DNA of 64,000 nucleotides from a virus, in the UHGV virus genome UHGV-0219032. The stretch is one strand, 5' to 3'. The translations under genes and the position numbers were made by a program. Within the stretch, counting starts at the first letter, position 1; the number at the start of each line of letters is the position of its first letter. The notes below the pieces were generated by a model that made no database searches, was not told where the DNA came from, and saw only the letters and a program-made list of their open reading frames with translations. This document shows positions 19,043 through 28,331 of this stretch, one piece after another.

Positions 19043-20390
19043 AATTTTTTATATCTTCACAATATTCTTTATAATATTTGCAAATATATTCACCATTGTT
19101 ATCAGTAGCATGTCCACATAAGTTATGGCAATAAAATGGGTCATTATCTATATCTCCAATAGGTGGATAATAAAAATCTATGTTTTTATCATCTTTTACA
19201 TCTGGAATATTTTGCATTTCATTATATGTTGATATGATATAATTTTCCATTTCATCATATATATCTTGAGTTAAATTATATTCTAAATAATAATCTTTTG
19301 CAAATATGTTAAATTTTAATAATATATTTTTAACATCATCTGTAAAATAATCAAAACTATAAGTTTGCTGTAATATATTTAAATTATAATTTATACTATC
19401 TTCACTCAATCCACATTTAATTAATAATTCTTGTAATTTTTTACCAACTTTTTCAAAAAGTTCATTTTTTTGATATACAATAATATTATTATTTAAATCT
19501 AAAAATTCATTAACATCAAATTGTAAACATTTTGAAATCATTTCATCTTTTTTTAATTTTTCAGTAACACCATTTTTTTCTAAAAAATCTTTTAATTCTT
19601 TAGCTGATTTATTTTTTAATTGCGGCAAAATATTAGGAAATGATACTTCATAATATTTTAACATATTCCATCTTACCATTTTAACAGGTATTCCAGTTCT
19701 TTTAGTGTACATATAAGCATACATAACTAACTGTCTACCTTTTTCTAATAATTCGCCAGATTTAAATTTTGTAGATGTTTTAAAATCATCTATTATTGCA
19801 TATTTTCCATTTTTATCATTAAACCCTAATATTAAATCGGCATATCCTTGTAATGCTAATTTATCTGGAATCATTATATCAAATAAAAATGTTTCTAATA
19901 ATATTTTATCAGCTTTTGGAATTTGATAATTTTGTAAAAAAATTCTAATACATTCTATATAATTCTTTTCTATTTTATCACTAGGAAATTTTAATATAGA
20001 TGTAGCACCAACTTTTGGTATTTTGCTATCTTTATAGATAAATTCAAACTTATCTATCATTTGTTGTCTAGTACATTTTCCTTTGATAAAATCCTCAAGA
20101 ACATCATGTATTATTCCACCTAACTTTGAATACACATTATCTTTTCCTCTTTTACCATGTCTTAAATTACCTTTTTCATCTATCCATTCTTGTATATAAG
20201 ATAGATAATATTCATACTTACAATTATTAAAAGTTGAAAATTCTGAATAAGAACCAACTTTATAATTATTATCTCTTAATAATTTTTTAATAGCTTTTGT
20301 TTCTTCAGTATCTTTACTTTTTGGTTTTATATTGATACTTGGAAGTTTAGCTATTTCTTTTTTTGGAATTTCTATTTTAGGAATTTCCAT
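19038..20390 (-). CDS. PD-(D/E)XK nuclease of the Cas4/RecB-like family with a Cys cluster
   Basis: GYADLILG...AIIDDFKTS matches motifs II and III. The C-terminal CHNLCGH...C...C cluster suggests Fe-S. Confidence 0.6.
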   Translation of the reverse strand: MEIPKIEIPKKEIAKLPSINIKPKSKDTEETKAIKKLLRDNNYKVGSYSEFSTFNNCKYEYYLSYIQEWIDEKGNLRHGKRGKDNVYSKLGGIIHDVLEDFIKGKCTRQQMIDKFEFIYKDSKIPKVGATSILKFPSDKIEKNYIECIRIFLQNYQIPKADKILLETFLFDIMIPDKLALQGYADLILGFNDKNGKYAIIDDFKTSTKFKSGELLEKGRQLVMYAYMYTKRTGIPVKMVRWNMLKYYEVSFPNILPQLKNKSAKELKDFLEKNGVTEKLKKDEMISKCLQFDVNEFLDLNNNIIVYQKNELFEKVGKKLQELLIKCGLSEDSINYNLNILQQTYSFDYFTDDVKNILLKFNIFAKDYYLEYNLTQDIYDEMENYIISTYNEMQNIPDVKDDKNIDFYYPPIGDIDNDPFYCHNLCGHATDNNGEYICKYYKEYCEDIKNS

Positions 20391-20417
20391 TTTACACCTC
20401 CATATTTAATATACATA

Positions 20418-20446
20418 ATTATACCATAATGATTTAATTATGTCAA
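20418..20446 (-). promoter_or_regulatory. consensus promoter
   Basis: Minus-strand TTGACA, 17 nt, TATAAT, then RBS ggaggtg and ATG. Confidence 0.5.
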
Positions 20447-21198
20447 GACCAATCTACACGATTTTTTAAAAACCATATAGCTATTGCTGTTGCTTCGGCT
20501 GTATCTTCTTGCATATTAATACCAGTAATATCCTTAATCATATTAATGGCACTTATTTTTCCAGCTGTTCTAGTTTTTAATATTCCAAAATGAGACTTCC
20601 AAACTGATGGAGATACTAATTCATATTTTATTCCCATTTTTGATAAATGATATAATAATGCTCCTTGAATATTAGATAATGCTATTAATACACTAACATT
20701 TTTTGTATCATCAGTTTTTAAAAATACATCTTCAATTACAACATAATTAATATTATTTTCTTTAATTCTAAATACAATTTCATCTATCATTTTTTCTATT
20801 CTTTTATATCTATTATTATCATTTTTTTGAATTAAACCATAATTCACTAGATTATCCTCATTAAAACAACAATAACCAGTTTTCTGTGTAGACATATCCA
20901 AAGCCATAACTTTTAAATTAAAACTTGGAACTAATTGCATTACTGAACTTAATTCAGTTTTACTTTTTGTCTTATTAATTTTTTTATTTGGTTCAACTTT
21001 TGGTGTTCTAAAACTATATGTAACAGTATTTGACCTTATTTGTTCATAAGGAACTGTTTTAACCCTACCACATTCAGCAAATCTAACTTTATATTTATGT
21101 TTTCCATCTATTTCACCTTTGTATTCCTCAACCTTATATATGTGTCCATCTTTAGTTTTGAATACTTGGTTTACATAAGCATCATAATTAATTTTCAA
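20443..21198 (-). CDS. ruvC: RuvC-like Holliday junction resolvase with an N-terminal extension
   Basis: VMALDMSTQKTGY, VVIEDVF and DTAEATAIAIW (catalytic acidic residues of the RNase H fold). Confidence 0.65.
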   Translation of the reverse strand: MKINYDAYVNQVFKTKDGHIYKVEEYKGEIDGKHKYKVRFAECGRVKTVPYEQIRSNTVTYSFRTPKVEPNKKINKTKSKTELSSVMQLVPSFNLKVMALDMSTQKTGYCCFNEDNLVNYGLIQKNDNNRYKRIEKMIDEIVFRIKENNINYVVIEDVFLKTDDTKNVSVLIALSNIQGALLYHLSKMGIKYELVSPSVWKSHFGILKTRTAGKISAINMIKDITGINMQEDTAEATAIAIWFLKNRVDWS

Positions 21199-21862
21199 AT
21201 AATATATCCACTTCCTTTTTATATATTTCTTTTATATATTGAACTATTCTATAATCCACTCTTCTTCTACTTCCATCATTTTTTAAATCCCAAAATCTAT
21301 CTGGAATTAAATATGATTTTGAATATTTTTTTAATGTGTTATTTTTAAAATAATCGTATATATTTTTTATATCATCATATTTGTTAATATCACAAACTAA
21401 AGATAAAGACTCCAAAGCTTCATTAATTACCATAACATAATTTACTTTATTATTTTTAATTAATATAGAATTTAAATTCAATCTTCTAATTTTTGCATTA
21501 AAATATAAATAAGCGTGGAGCAATAAATGTTTCTTTTGAAATCCTATTTTTTTAAATTTTTCTATTTCATCATCTTTTAAAAATAATAAATTATCATAAT
21601 GTTTACTCTTTGAAAATCCACGTAATTTTCTATAAACATCTATTAAATAAAACTCAATAGCTATTTTAATACCATTATTATTTCTTAATTTATTTAATTT
21701 ATCTTTAGTTATAAAATATACAATAATATCTTGTTTTATATCATCAATAGAATAAGAGCAATTTTTACTATTATAAATTTTAATTATACTATTACATATT
21801 CCACGTGTATATGGTTCTTGTAATTTATTATCTAGTATTTCCAAAAAAACATTTATCTCCAT
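21188..21862 (-). CDS. hypothetical protein
   Basis: 224-aa ORF. Confidence 0.35.
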   Translation of the reverse strand: MEINVFLEILDNKLQEPYTRGICNSIIKIYNSKNCSYSIDDIKQDIIVYFITKDKLNKLRNNNGIKIAIEFYLIDVYRKLRGFSKSKHYDNLLFLKDDEIEKFKKIGFQKKHLLLHAYLYFNAKIRRLNLNSILIKNNKVNYVMVINEALESLSLVCDINKYDDIKNIYDYFKNNTLKKYSKSYLIPDRFWDLKNDGSRRRVDYRIVQYIKEIYKKEVDILFEN

Positions 21863-21879
21863 ATATTAATAATGGGAGT

Positions 21880-22254
21880 CTAAGCTCCCATTTCTTCCTC
21901 CCTATAATTAAAAATTCTTTTTCTTTTTTCTATTAATTTATTTCTACTATCAGATAAAGAATTAATTGTATCATCACATTCATCTAATATTATATTTTTT
22001 CTTACAGTTAATTTATAGATAATTTTATCTAAAATTTCAACTCTTTTTTGGGTCATGAGTTCTATATCCATAATCTCTTTATCTATATTTTTTTCTCTAT
22101 CTATAAATTTGTTATATAAATTATCTATTGATTTATCAATTAATTCATTTTCTTTTATATTTTTGAATTTAAATAATCTGTTGATTAATAATATAATTTT
22201 TTCTGTGATATTAATTTTCAACAACCTCCTCTTCATAAATACTATCATAAGCAT
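21880..22254 (-). CDS. hypothetical coiled-coil protein
   Basis: 124-aa ORF. Confidence 0.3.
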   Translation of the reverse strand: MLMIVFMKRRLLKINITEKIILLINRLFKFKNIKENELIDKSIDNLYNKFIDREKNIDKEIMDIELMTQKRVEILDKIIYKLTVRKNIILDECDDTINSLSDSRNKLIEKRKRIFNYREEEMGA

Positions 22255-22537
22255 TAAGATGAGCTTCTGGTAATGATTGGTATAAATCTTCTATAATACT
22301 CATCAAGCAATCCCTAGATATTTTTGCCACATCTCTTTCTGTTAATTTTCCATCAAAATAACTACTATCCATAAGGATTATACCTTCAACCTTTTCTAAG
22401 GTATCTGGAGATAATCCAAACTTTTTCATAATTGGATTTAATTTTTTATTTTCAACTATTTCTAATGCTGTTTTAATCGCCATATTGTTCTCCCCAACCA
22501 CTAGCCATAGAAGCATTTGCCTTATCATTTTCTTCAA
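22211..22537 (-). CDS. hypothetical protein
   Basis: 108-aa ORF. Confidence 0.3.
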   Translation of the reverse strand: MKKMIRQMLLWLVVGENNMAIKTALEIVENKKLNPIMKKFGLSPDTLEKVEGIILMDSSYFDGKLTERDVAKISRDCLMSIIEDLYQSLPEAHLNAYDSIYEEEVVEN

Positions 22538-23402
22538 TTAATTTTTTATTTTCCATTATTTTAGACACAGTAGTTATTTTATATTGTAATCCCATAATTT
22601 CTGAAGTAGTTAAATCAATATTATTGATTTTTACTATTTGTCCATTTGAATTTCTCTCTATATAATAACCATCAATCATTTCTATATTATCTATTGGTTG
22701 AATTGGTGTTTCTTCAGATTTATTATTTTGAACACTCGCTCCTAATTGATTTTGTAACCAAGCTAAATCTTTAGCATTATTAGGGTTGAAATCAACCTTA
22801 TTATCTGATGGCTGTTCAATAGCTTTATCATTATTTATTGATTTAGAAATATTTTTTAATAAATTTCCACTAGGTGAATTATAATTATCTGGAATAATAT
22901 TTTTTGCAACATTTAAAGGATTTATTTTTTCTTCTTTTACTTCATGTATATGTTGATCTGGAACATATCTTGATTCAACATATATTTTTGGTTGCTCTGA
23001 TAATTTATTTTCTAATTCTTTAATTTTATTATTTAATTCAACATTTTCATTTACTAATTTATTATTTTCTTTTTCTAATCTTTCTATTTCGCCTTGTAGA
23101 TAATCAATATCACTTGTATCTTGTTGTATTCCTAGAATTTGAGTTTTTAAATCCTCATTTTCAGCTTTTAACATATTATTTTCTTGAATTAATTTTTCGT
23201 GTTCAGATTTAATTCTCTCTAATTCAGATTTTACTTTTTCAATATTTTCCACATCAACCTTAAAACTAACTGTTTGTTCTTTTTTATCATCTTTTGGTAA
23301 TAAACCAAAATCATTCATATTTTTTAATAAATTAAATAGTTTTTCAACTCCTTCATTACACTCCATTTTTAAACCATTTGGCATTTCTATTTTACAATTC
23401 AT
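22473..23402 (-). CDS. hypothetical coiled-coil protein
   Basis: 309 aa with a long heptad-like region (LERIKSEHEKLIQENNMLKAENEDLK...). Confidence 0.35.
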   Translation of the reverse strand: MNCKIEMPNGLKMECNEGVEKLFNLLKNMNDFGLLPKDDKKEQTVSFKVDVENIEKVKSELERIKSEHEKLIQENNMLKAENEDLKTQILGIQQDTSDIDYLQGEIERLEKENNKLVNENVELNNKIKELENKLSEQPKIYVESRYVPDQHIHEVKEEKINPLNVAKNIIPDNYNSPSGNLLKNISKSINNDKAIEQPSDNKVDFNPNNAKDLAWLQNQLGASVQNNKSEETPIQPIDNIEMIDGYYIERNSNGQIVKINNIDLTTSEIMGLQYKITTVSKIMENKKLIEENDKANASMASGWGEQYGD

Positions 23403-23433
23403 TTTATTCCCTCCATTTTATTTAACTTTTATT

Positions 23434-23504
23434 TGAGAACAATAGGATTCGAACCTATATCCTTTACATAAAAAATGTATATTTTACCTTTAAACTATAT
23501 TCTC
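23434..23504 (-). tRNA. tRNA-like gene, anticodon UUU (Lys-like), non-canonical anticodon arm
   Basis: Minus strand gagaata...tgttctca has a good acceptor, a ggttcgaatcc T-arm and a gttt/aaat D-stem. The anticodon loop tttttta has U at position 37 and an A.A mismatch at the top of the stem. Confidence 0.45.
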
Positions 23505-23554
23505 ATACAAGACCCCAACTAAAGGGTCTAAATAAATAAACTAAATTTATCAAA

Positions 23555-23932
23555 TTATTTTTTATCTATACATGAACCATATATTTCATCATAATTATTT
23601 CCAACATAACATGATTCATCATTTTGTATTTCAACAATTTCAATTCCATACTCTTTAGCACAAGTATGTTCTATTCTACAACCTCTATATTTATCCCAAC
23701 CTTTAGCAAATACAACTATATCAGCATTTGATAAAACTTGTAATGATTTACCTAAAAACCATAATGGTTTTGCATCATGTGGACAACCCTCAAAGAAACT
23801 ATCTAAAATTTCAATTTCACCAAATTTTTCATTTAAATATTTAATAATTTTATTTCTTTCATTTTTAATTTCTATATCAGTTTTATCTTTCATTGGTTGA
23901 CTTATAAAAACCTTTTTCATTAAAACCTCCAA
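23555..23932 (-). CDS. DUF4406 / nucleoside 2-deoxyribosyltransferase-like protein
   Basis: MKKVFISQPM...ADIVVFAKGWDKYRGCRIEHTCAKEYGIEI matches the deoxyribosyltransferase-like family signature as recalled from memory. Confidence 0.5.
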   Translation of the reverse strand: MEVLMKKVFISQPMKDKTDIEIKNERNKIIKYLNEKFGEIEILDSFFEGCPHDAKPLWFLGKSLQVLSNADIVVFAKGWDKYRGCRIEHTCAKEYGIEIVEIQNDESCYVGNNYDEIYGSCIDKK

Positions 23933-23988
23933 TCATATTTATATTTTAGGGTGTTGATATTTCACAACACCCATAAGAACTATTATTT

Positions 23989-24096
23989 TTTATTCATTCC
24001 ATTTCTTTCTCTAATAGTTCCCCATACAAATCCAGCAATTAATCCTATAACTAAACCTATTGCTATAAATCCAGCAGATGTCAAGGTAACACCCCC
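23989..24096 (-). CDS. possible small membrane peptide (TTG start)
   Basis: RBS aaaggggg then TTG; the 35 aa are mostly one TM helix (FIAIGLVIGLIAGFVWG). Confidence 0.2.
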
Positions 24097-24121
24097 TTTC
24101 TAATAAATATAATTATTTATA

Positions 24122-24397
24122 TTAATTAACTGATTCTTTTAATTCTTTTGATGGAGTAAATTTAATTTTCTTTCTAGCTGGTATTTGAACCTCCTCACCT
24201 GTTTGTGGATTTCTACCAACTCTAGCTTGTACATCAACTACTTCAAATTTTCCAAATCCAGTAATTGCTAATGGATTATTATTAACAATACCATCTCTTA
24301 TAATTTCAATTACACATTCAGCAATTTTAGTAGCATCTACTTTTGTTTTAGCTAATCCTTTTTCTACAATTTCTTCTACAAACTCTTTTTTAGTCAT
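24122..24397 (-). CDS. HU-like DNA-binding protein
   Basis: 91 aa. GFGKFEVV...RNPQTGEEVQIPA is the HU/IHF arm signature. Confidence 0.8.
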   Translation of the reverse strand: MTKKEFVEEIVEKGLAKTKVDATKIAECVIEIIRDGIVNNNPLAITGFGKFEVVDVQARVGRNPQTGEEVQIPARKKIKFTPSKELKESVN

Positions 24398-24461
24398 TTA
24401 TGACCCTCCTTATTTATTTTTGATATTTTAATTATAACATATTTTTAATTATTTTTCAAGT

Positions 24462-25019
24462 TTATTCACAATATATTTCTAATTCAGAATCACTAAAATT
24501 TGTATTATCATTTATATCATTAGTGATTGGTATTTTTCCTTGTATTTGTTGATAATATGTTTCAAATTTAGTTGAATTAAATAATGTTTCTGGTCTTAAA
24601 TACATATCCATATTAGTACCTAACCAATGTTCAACTTTTAAATCAATAACTTTCAACATATCATCATAAGATACACCTTCTTTTAATCTAGCTTTAATAA
24701 ATTTTAAGTTTGAATTGGTAAATCTATAATTTTTTCCAGCTTTTGAATTTAAATATAATAATACATTTTTTGAATCATTATCAAATATTAAATCATTGTT
24801 TGATTTTTGTTTTAATATCTTTTTAACCCAATCTCCAACTATATTAAATTCTTCTTGTTTTAATACTTTTTTAATTTTTCTAGCTTCCATACTACTTTGA
24901 ATTTGTAAATCTTCCAATGTTAATTTGTTATAATTTTCTCCATGTTGAGCAATTATAATAAATAACATCTTTGATTCAGTAGAGAAATTAGTATGCAAAA
25001 TATCACTTAAATCTAACAT
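24462..25019 (-). CDS. phage replisome-organiser / DnaD-like C-terminal domain protein
   Basis: LYLNSKAGKNYRF...VIDLKVEHWLGTNMDMYLRPETLF resembles the conserved phage DnaD-like C-terminal domain. Confidence 0.4.
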   Translation of the reverse strand: MLDLSDILHTNFSTESKMLFIIIAQHGENYNKLTLEDLQIQSSMEARKIKKVLKQEEFNIVGDWVKKILKQKSNNDLIFDNDSKNVLLYLNSKAGKNYRFTNSNLKFIKARLKEGVSYDDMLKVIDLKVEHWLGTNMDMYLRPETLFNSTKFETYYQQIQGKIPITNDINDNTNFSDSELEIYCE

Positions 25020-25026
25020 ATTCCTC

Positions 25027-25287
25027 CTATCTTAAAATACCTATTCTATATAAGAATTTTATAAAACTACAAAATAAACCATCTGTACTATGTAAATCTG
25101 AAAATCCACCAAAAGTTGTTTGTTTATATACTTGATTATATAATGCCTTTTTAGGATTTTTTATTACACCCATACCTTTTTTACCATATAATGGGTCTAT
25201 ACTTCTTTTAAAATTTCTTTTTACTTGAGATGTAGTAGCTCCCATTATTGATTTCTTTAAACTTGGTTTTCTCATACCTATTTTCAT
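25027..25287 (-). CDS. small basic hypothetical protein
   Basis: 86-aa ORF with an RBS. Confidence 0.3.
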   Translation of the reverse strand: MKIGMRKPSLKKSIMGATTSQVKRNFKRSIDPLYGKKGMGVIKNPKKALYNQVYKQTTFGGFSDLHSTDGLFCSFIKFLYRIGILR

Positions 25288-25320
25288 ATTAACTCAACTC
25301 CTTATATATTTCTTAATTAT

Positions 25321-25349
25321 ATTATACAAGGAGTTGAATAATTTGTCAA
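25321..25349 (-). promoter_or_regulatory. consensus promoter overlapped by a 10-bp inverted repeat
   Basis: Minus-strand TTGACA, 17 nt, TATAAT. Inverted-repeat arms lie at 25294-25303 and 25328-25337. Confidence 0.5.
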
Positions 25350-25356
25350 GAATTAT

Positions 25357-27897
25357 TTAGAATGATTTTTCTTGAATACTCTCTGTAAAACCAACCTCAA
25401 ATAATGTTCCAAATTCTCCATTAAATTGATAAATAGTTGGAACTATTTTTGCACCATATCTATTCTTAGGCAAAAAGAATACAAGATATTTTTTATTACT
25501 TTCTAGCTCTTTAAACTCTTTTACGTATTTTCCAGTTATTTCATCTTTTTTTATTTTAAATACTTTAATTTCATTCTTTTGACCTGGATATTCATCTGGG
25601 TATAACTCTCTTCCAGTTATTAAAATATCTAAAATTTCAACTATTTGTTTAGAGCCAGATAGACAAGATTCATCATATATTCTTTTCATGTTTTGCTTTA
25701 AATATGATGCTATTTGATAAGATGCCATAACATGAACATTTAATTTTCTAGCTAACTCATATATATTTCTTGATTGCTGAACCAGTTTACCAACAGCAAG
25801 TTTATCTCCAGCATCTTCTGATTTCATGGTGTCTATTAAAAATTTAGTAAATCCCTTATGTGAGAATCTTCTCATAAGAATATTAAATTCAGCTATACTA
25901 TATCTACTTACACAATATAAAACTAATTTATCATTATAAGTAACATCAATATATCTTTGAGCTTCGGCAATTTTCATCATATATTCTTCATACTTTTCTT
26001 TTTCTTTTGTTTTTATCATATCCAATTCATTTAATTTTGTTCTGGTTAAATCATAATACTTTAAGTGTTTTGTTAATGTTCTTATTAATAACATATCCTT
26101 AAAATCATCTATTGCTGATTCATTGGAGTATATAAAAACTTTTTCTCCTTTATCTAAGAAATCTAACATAATTTCATTATAGTTAATTGTAGTATTATGA
26201 GTTACAATCATATTATCTGTTAGGTATGTATGAGTTGGAGAATCAACCATTATACATTGCATTTCTTTTTCTCCAATATATTCTATGTTAGTTATAGCTA
26301 ATAAATCTGTTCTTCTTTTTATCTTTCTATTTTGTGGAACTCTTGATTTATGTTTATCAGAATAAAATATTTCATCATAAGTTGAAATATTAACTATATA
26401 GCATTTTCCAAATTTATAATCTCTATTATCCTCTGTGTATGTTGCTCTATACCCCAATGTATGACACAATTGAATAATATCATCTCTTAACCTAATTGAC
26501 GTGGTTGTTATGTTTTTATTCCCGCTGATAGAATTTACACAACCATCTGTATCGAATAATCCTCTTAATAAATCCATTCTCTGCTCTATCGAACCACTCA
26601 TGTACTCAATAGGTATAAATTTTTCATGACTTCCCAATCCGAAAACTTGCAATCTTTTTAACTCTCTAATTATGTCATTTTTTAATGGGTTGGTCTGATT
26701 GCTAATATTATATGTATAGTTATTTGCATTATTTTTTGTAATTTTATAACCCATAGGTAATCTCTGTTTTATTCTCTCAACAATATCTAACTCATTACAA
26801 GAAAATTCAATTCTAGTTTTTATACTTCCATCTCCTAATAGACAGCCAAAGATATATGGGTCTATAAAATATTCTTTTTGTGTATATTGTAATGGTTTAT
26901 TAACAGGAATAAAAGTCTGATATGTATTTCCAGATATAATTTTTCTTTTCATTATTTCTTTTAATGTTTGAACTCTCCAATCATATTTCCCATTCTTTAA
27001 TCTCCATAAATTATTATTTACCCATAAATGCTCATCACAACACTCGACAGTTGAGCCATCTTTGAATGTAATTTTATATGATGGTTTCATACCCTGAGGG
27101 AATATTCCAGTTACATTATGAAGTTCTCCATTCATATCGTATATTTTATCGCCAATTTTAATATCTCCCATTCTAACATAACCATTTTTCGTAAACACAA
27201 GACTATCAAGAGGTTGTGCTTTACCATTATTCGTTGGCATAGCCAACATAGACATATTACCATTGTGCATACCTCTAGTAGCTTTACTAATTGAGAATAG
27301 ATTATAAGACATTCCTCTACCGACACCATTAATTTTAGATTGTATATAATCATTATCTATTCTTAATATAACAGGTTTAGTAGTGCTTACATCATTACAA
27401 TCTCTAGCTGTTTCCAATGTATCTTCAATCTTAAAAATAATATCTTCCAACGATTTTGTTTCTATATCATTATGTAACATACATATAGCTTCATACAATC
27501 CTCTATAAGTAGCTAATTTAGCATTAGCTTTCATTAATCCCTCAAAATGTGTTTCAAAGTTATTTGGAGAGAAATTTCTTCTTAAAGAATTTAAATGACC
27601 CATACCATTTAATGATATAAAATCATTTTTAAATTGTTCCCCTAATCTACTTAAAGCGGATTGTACACTACCAGTATCAAATTCTGTTGCTTTATGATTA
27701 TACATATCATTTAATAAATCATAATATGCTAAACCATCTTTTGTATGGAATAGATTTCTTCTACCTTGTACCTCAACCATTAAAGATAAATCATTAACTA
27801 GAGTTCCTATTACTCTAGCTTCATGGTCTGGAATTTCACTACATAAATGTTGTGGGTATTCTATTTGCATATTATTATACGTAAATGTTAAATTCAT
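25357..27897 (-). CDS. DnaB-like replicative helicase interrupted by an intein in the Walker A motif
   Basis: The extein reads ...MPTNNGK then TTINYNE..., reconstituting GxxxxGKT. Downstream SRNIYELARKLNVHVMASYQ is DnaB-like. Confidence 0.65.
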   Translation of the reverse strand: MNLTFTYNNMQIEYPQHLCSEIPDHEARVIGTLVNDLSLMVEVQGRRNLFHTKDGLAYYDLLNDMYNHKATEFDTGSVQSALSRLGEQFKNDFISLNGMGHLNSLRRNFSPNNFETHFEGLMKANAKLATYRGLYEAICMLHNDIETKSLEDIIFKIEDTLETARDCNDVSTTKPVILRIDNDYIQSKINGVGRGMSYNLFSISKATRGMHNGNMSMLAMPTNNGKAQPLDSLVFTKNGYVRMGDIKIGDKIYDMNGELHNVTGIFPQGMKPSYKITFKDGSTVECCDEHLWVNNNLWRLKNGKYDWRVQTLKEIMKRKIISGNTYQTFIPVNKPLQYTQKEYFIDPYIFGCLLGDGSIKTRIEFSCNELDIVERIKQRLPMGYKITKNNANNYTYNISNQTNPLKNDIIRELKRLQVFGLGSHEKFIPIEYMSGSIEQRMDLLRGLFDTDGCVNSISGNKNITTTSIRLRDDIIQLCHTLGYRATYTEDNRDYKFGKCYIVNISTYDEIFYSDKHKSRVPQNRKIKRRTDLLAITNIEYIGEKEMQCIMVDSPTHTYLTDNMIVTHNTTINYNEIMLDFLDKGEKVFIYSNESAIDDFKDMLLIRTLTKHLKYYDLTRTKLNELDMIKTKEKEKYEEYMMKIAEAQRYIDVTYNDKLVLYCVSRYSIAEFNILMRRFSHKGFTKFLIDTMKSEDAGDKLAVGKLVQQSRNIYELARKLNVHVMASYQIASYLKQNMKRIYDESCLSGSKQIVEILDILITGRELYPDEYPGQKNEIKVFKIKKDEITGKYVKEFKELESNKKYLVFFLPKNRYGAKIVPTIYQFNGEFGTLFEVGFTESIQEKSF
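26194..27219 (-). mobile_element. intein (342 aa) with a LAGLIDADG homing endonuclease domain, class-3-like
   Basis: Starts AQPLDSLVFT (Ala1, block A-like) and carries LAGLIDADG blocks FGCLLGDGSI and LLRGLFDTDGCV. Block F has a Cys (EMQCIMVD). Ends IVTHN, followed by Thr at +1. Confidence 0.6.
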
Positions 27898-27924
27898 TAT
27901 ATCACCTCATATTAGAAAAGGCTC

Positions 27925-28284
27925 TTATTGAGCCTTTATTTCCAATAATTTTTTATATATTTCTACCAATTTATCATCAAATTTTAACTTTTTAAATTCT
28001 TCAATAGATAAATCTTTTTCTGGTTCACAATAAGTTTTATTAATGTGTTCAATAAGTGCTTCTAATTTTTCAATATTATCTACATTAATAATTTTATCAT
28101 CTTCTGTATGATTTAATATAGCTATAAAATCAATACCCATGCCAGTTCTACTTAAAATAACTTTACTTGTTCCATTTTCAATAATTTCTCTTAATCTTTC
28201 ATAATCATTACATACAATGGTAACTAATTTTAAATCCTCTCTACCTTCAATATTTGAAAATTTTAAATCTAATAATTTTTGCAT
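27925..28284 (-). CDS. hypothetical protein
   Basis: 119-aa ORF. Confidence 0.3.
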   Translation of the reverse strand: MQKLLDLKFSNIEGREDLKLVTIVCNDYERLREIIENGTSKVILSRTGMGIDFIAILNHTEDDKIINVDNIEKLEALIEHINKTYCEPEKDLSIEEFKKLKFDDKLVEIYKKLLEIKAQ

Positions 28285-28331
28285 AATTATACCTCCTAAG
28301 TTTTATTTTTATTATATCATATTTTTATATT

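Noticed and set aside
25294-25337. RBS-sequestering 5' UTR hairpin (anti-SD ctcctt pairing with SD aaggag) upstream of gene 25027..25287
   Set aside because: The 5' arm lies between the -35 and -10 of the promoter and so is not transcribed. Retained only as a DNA-level inverted repeat that may be an operator.
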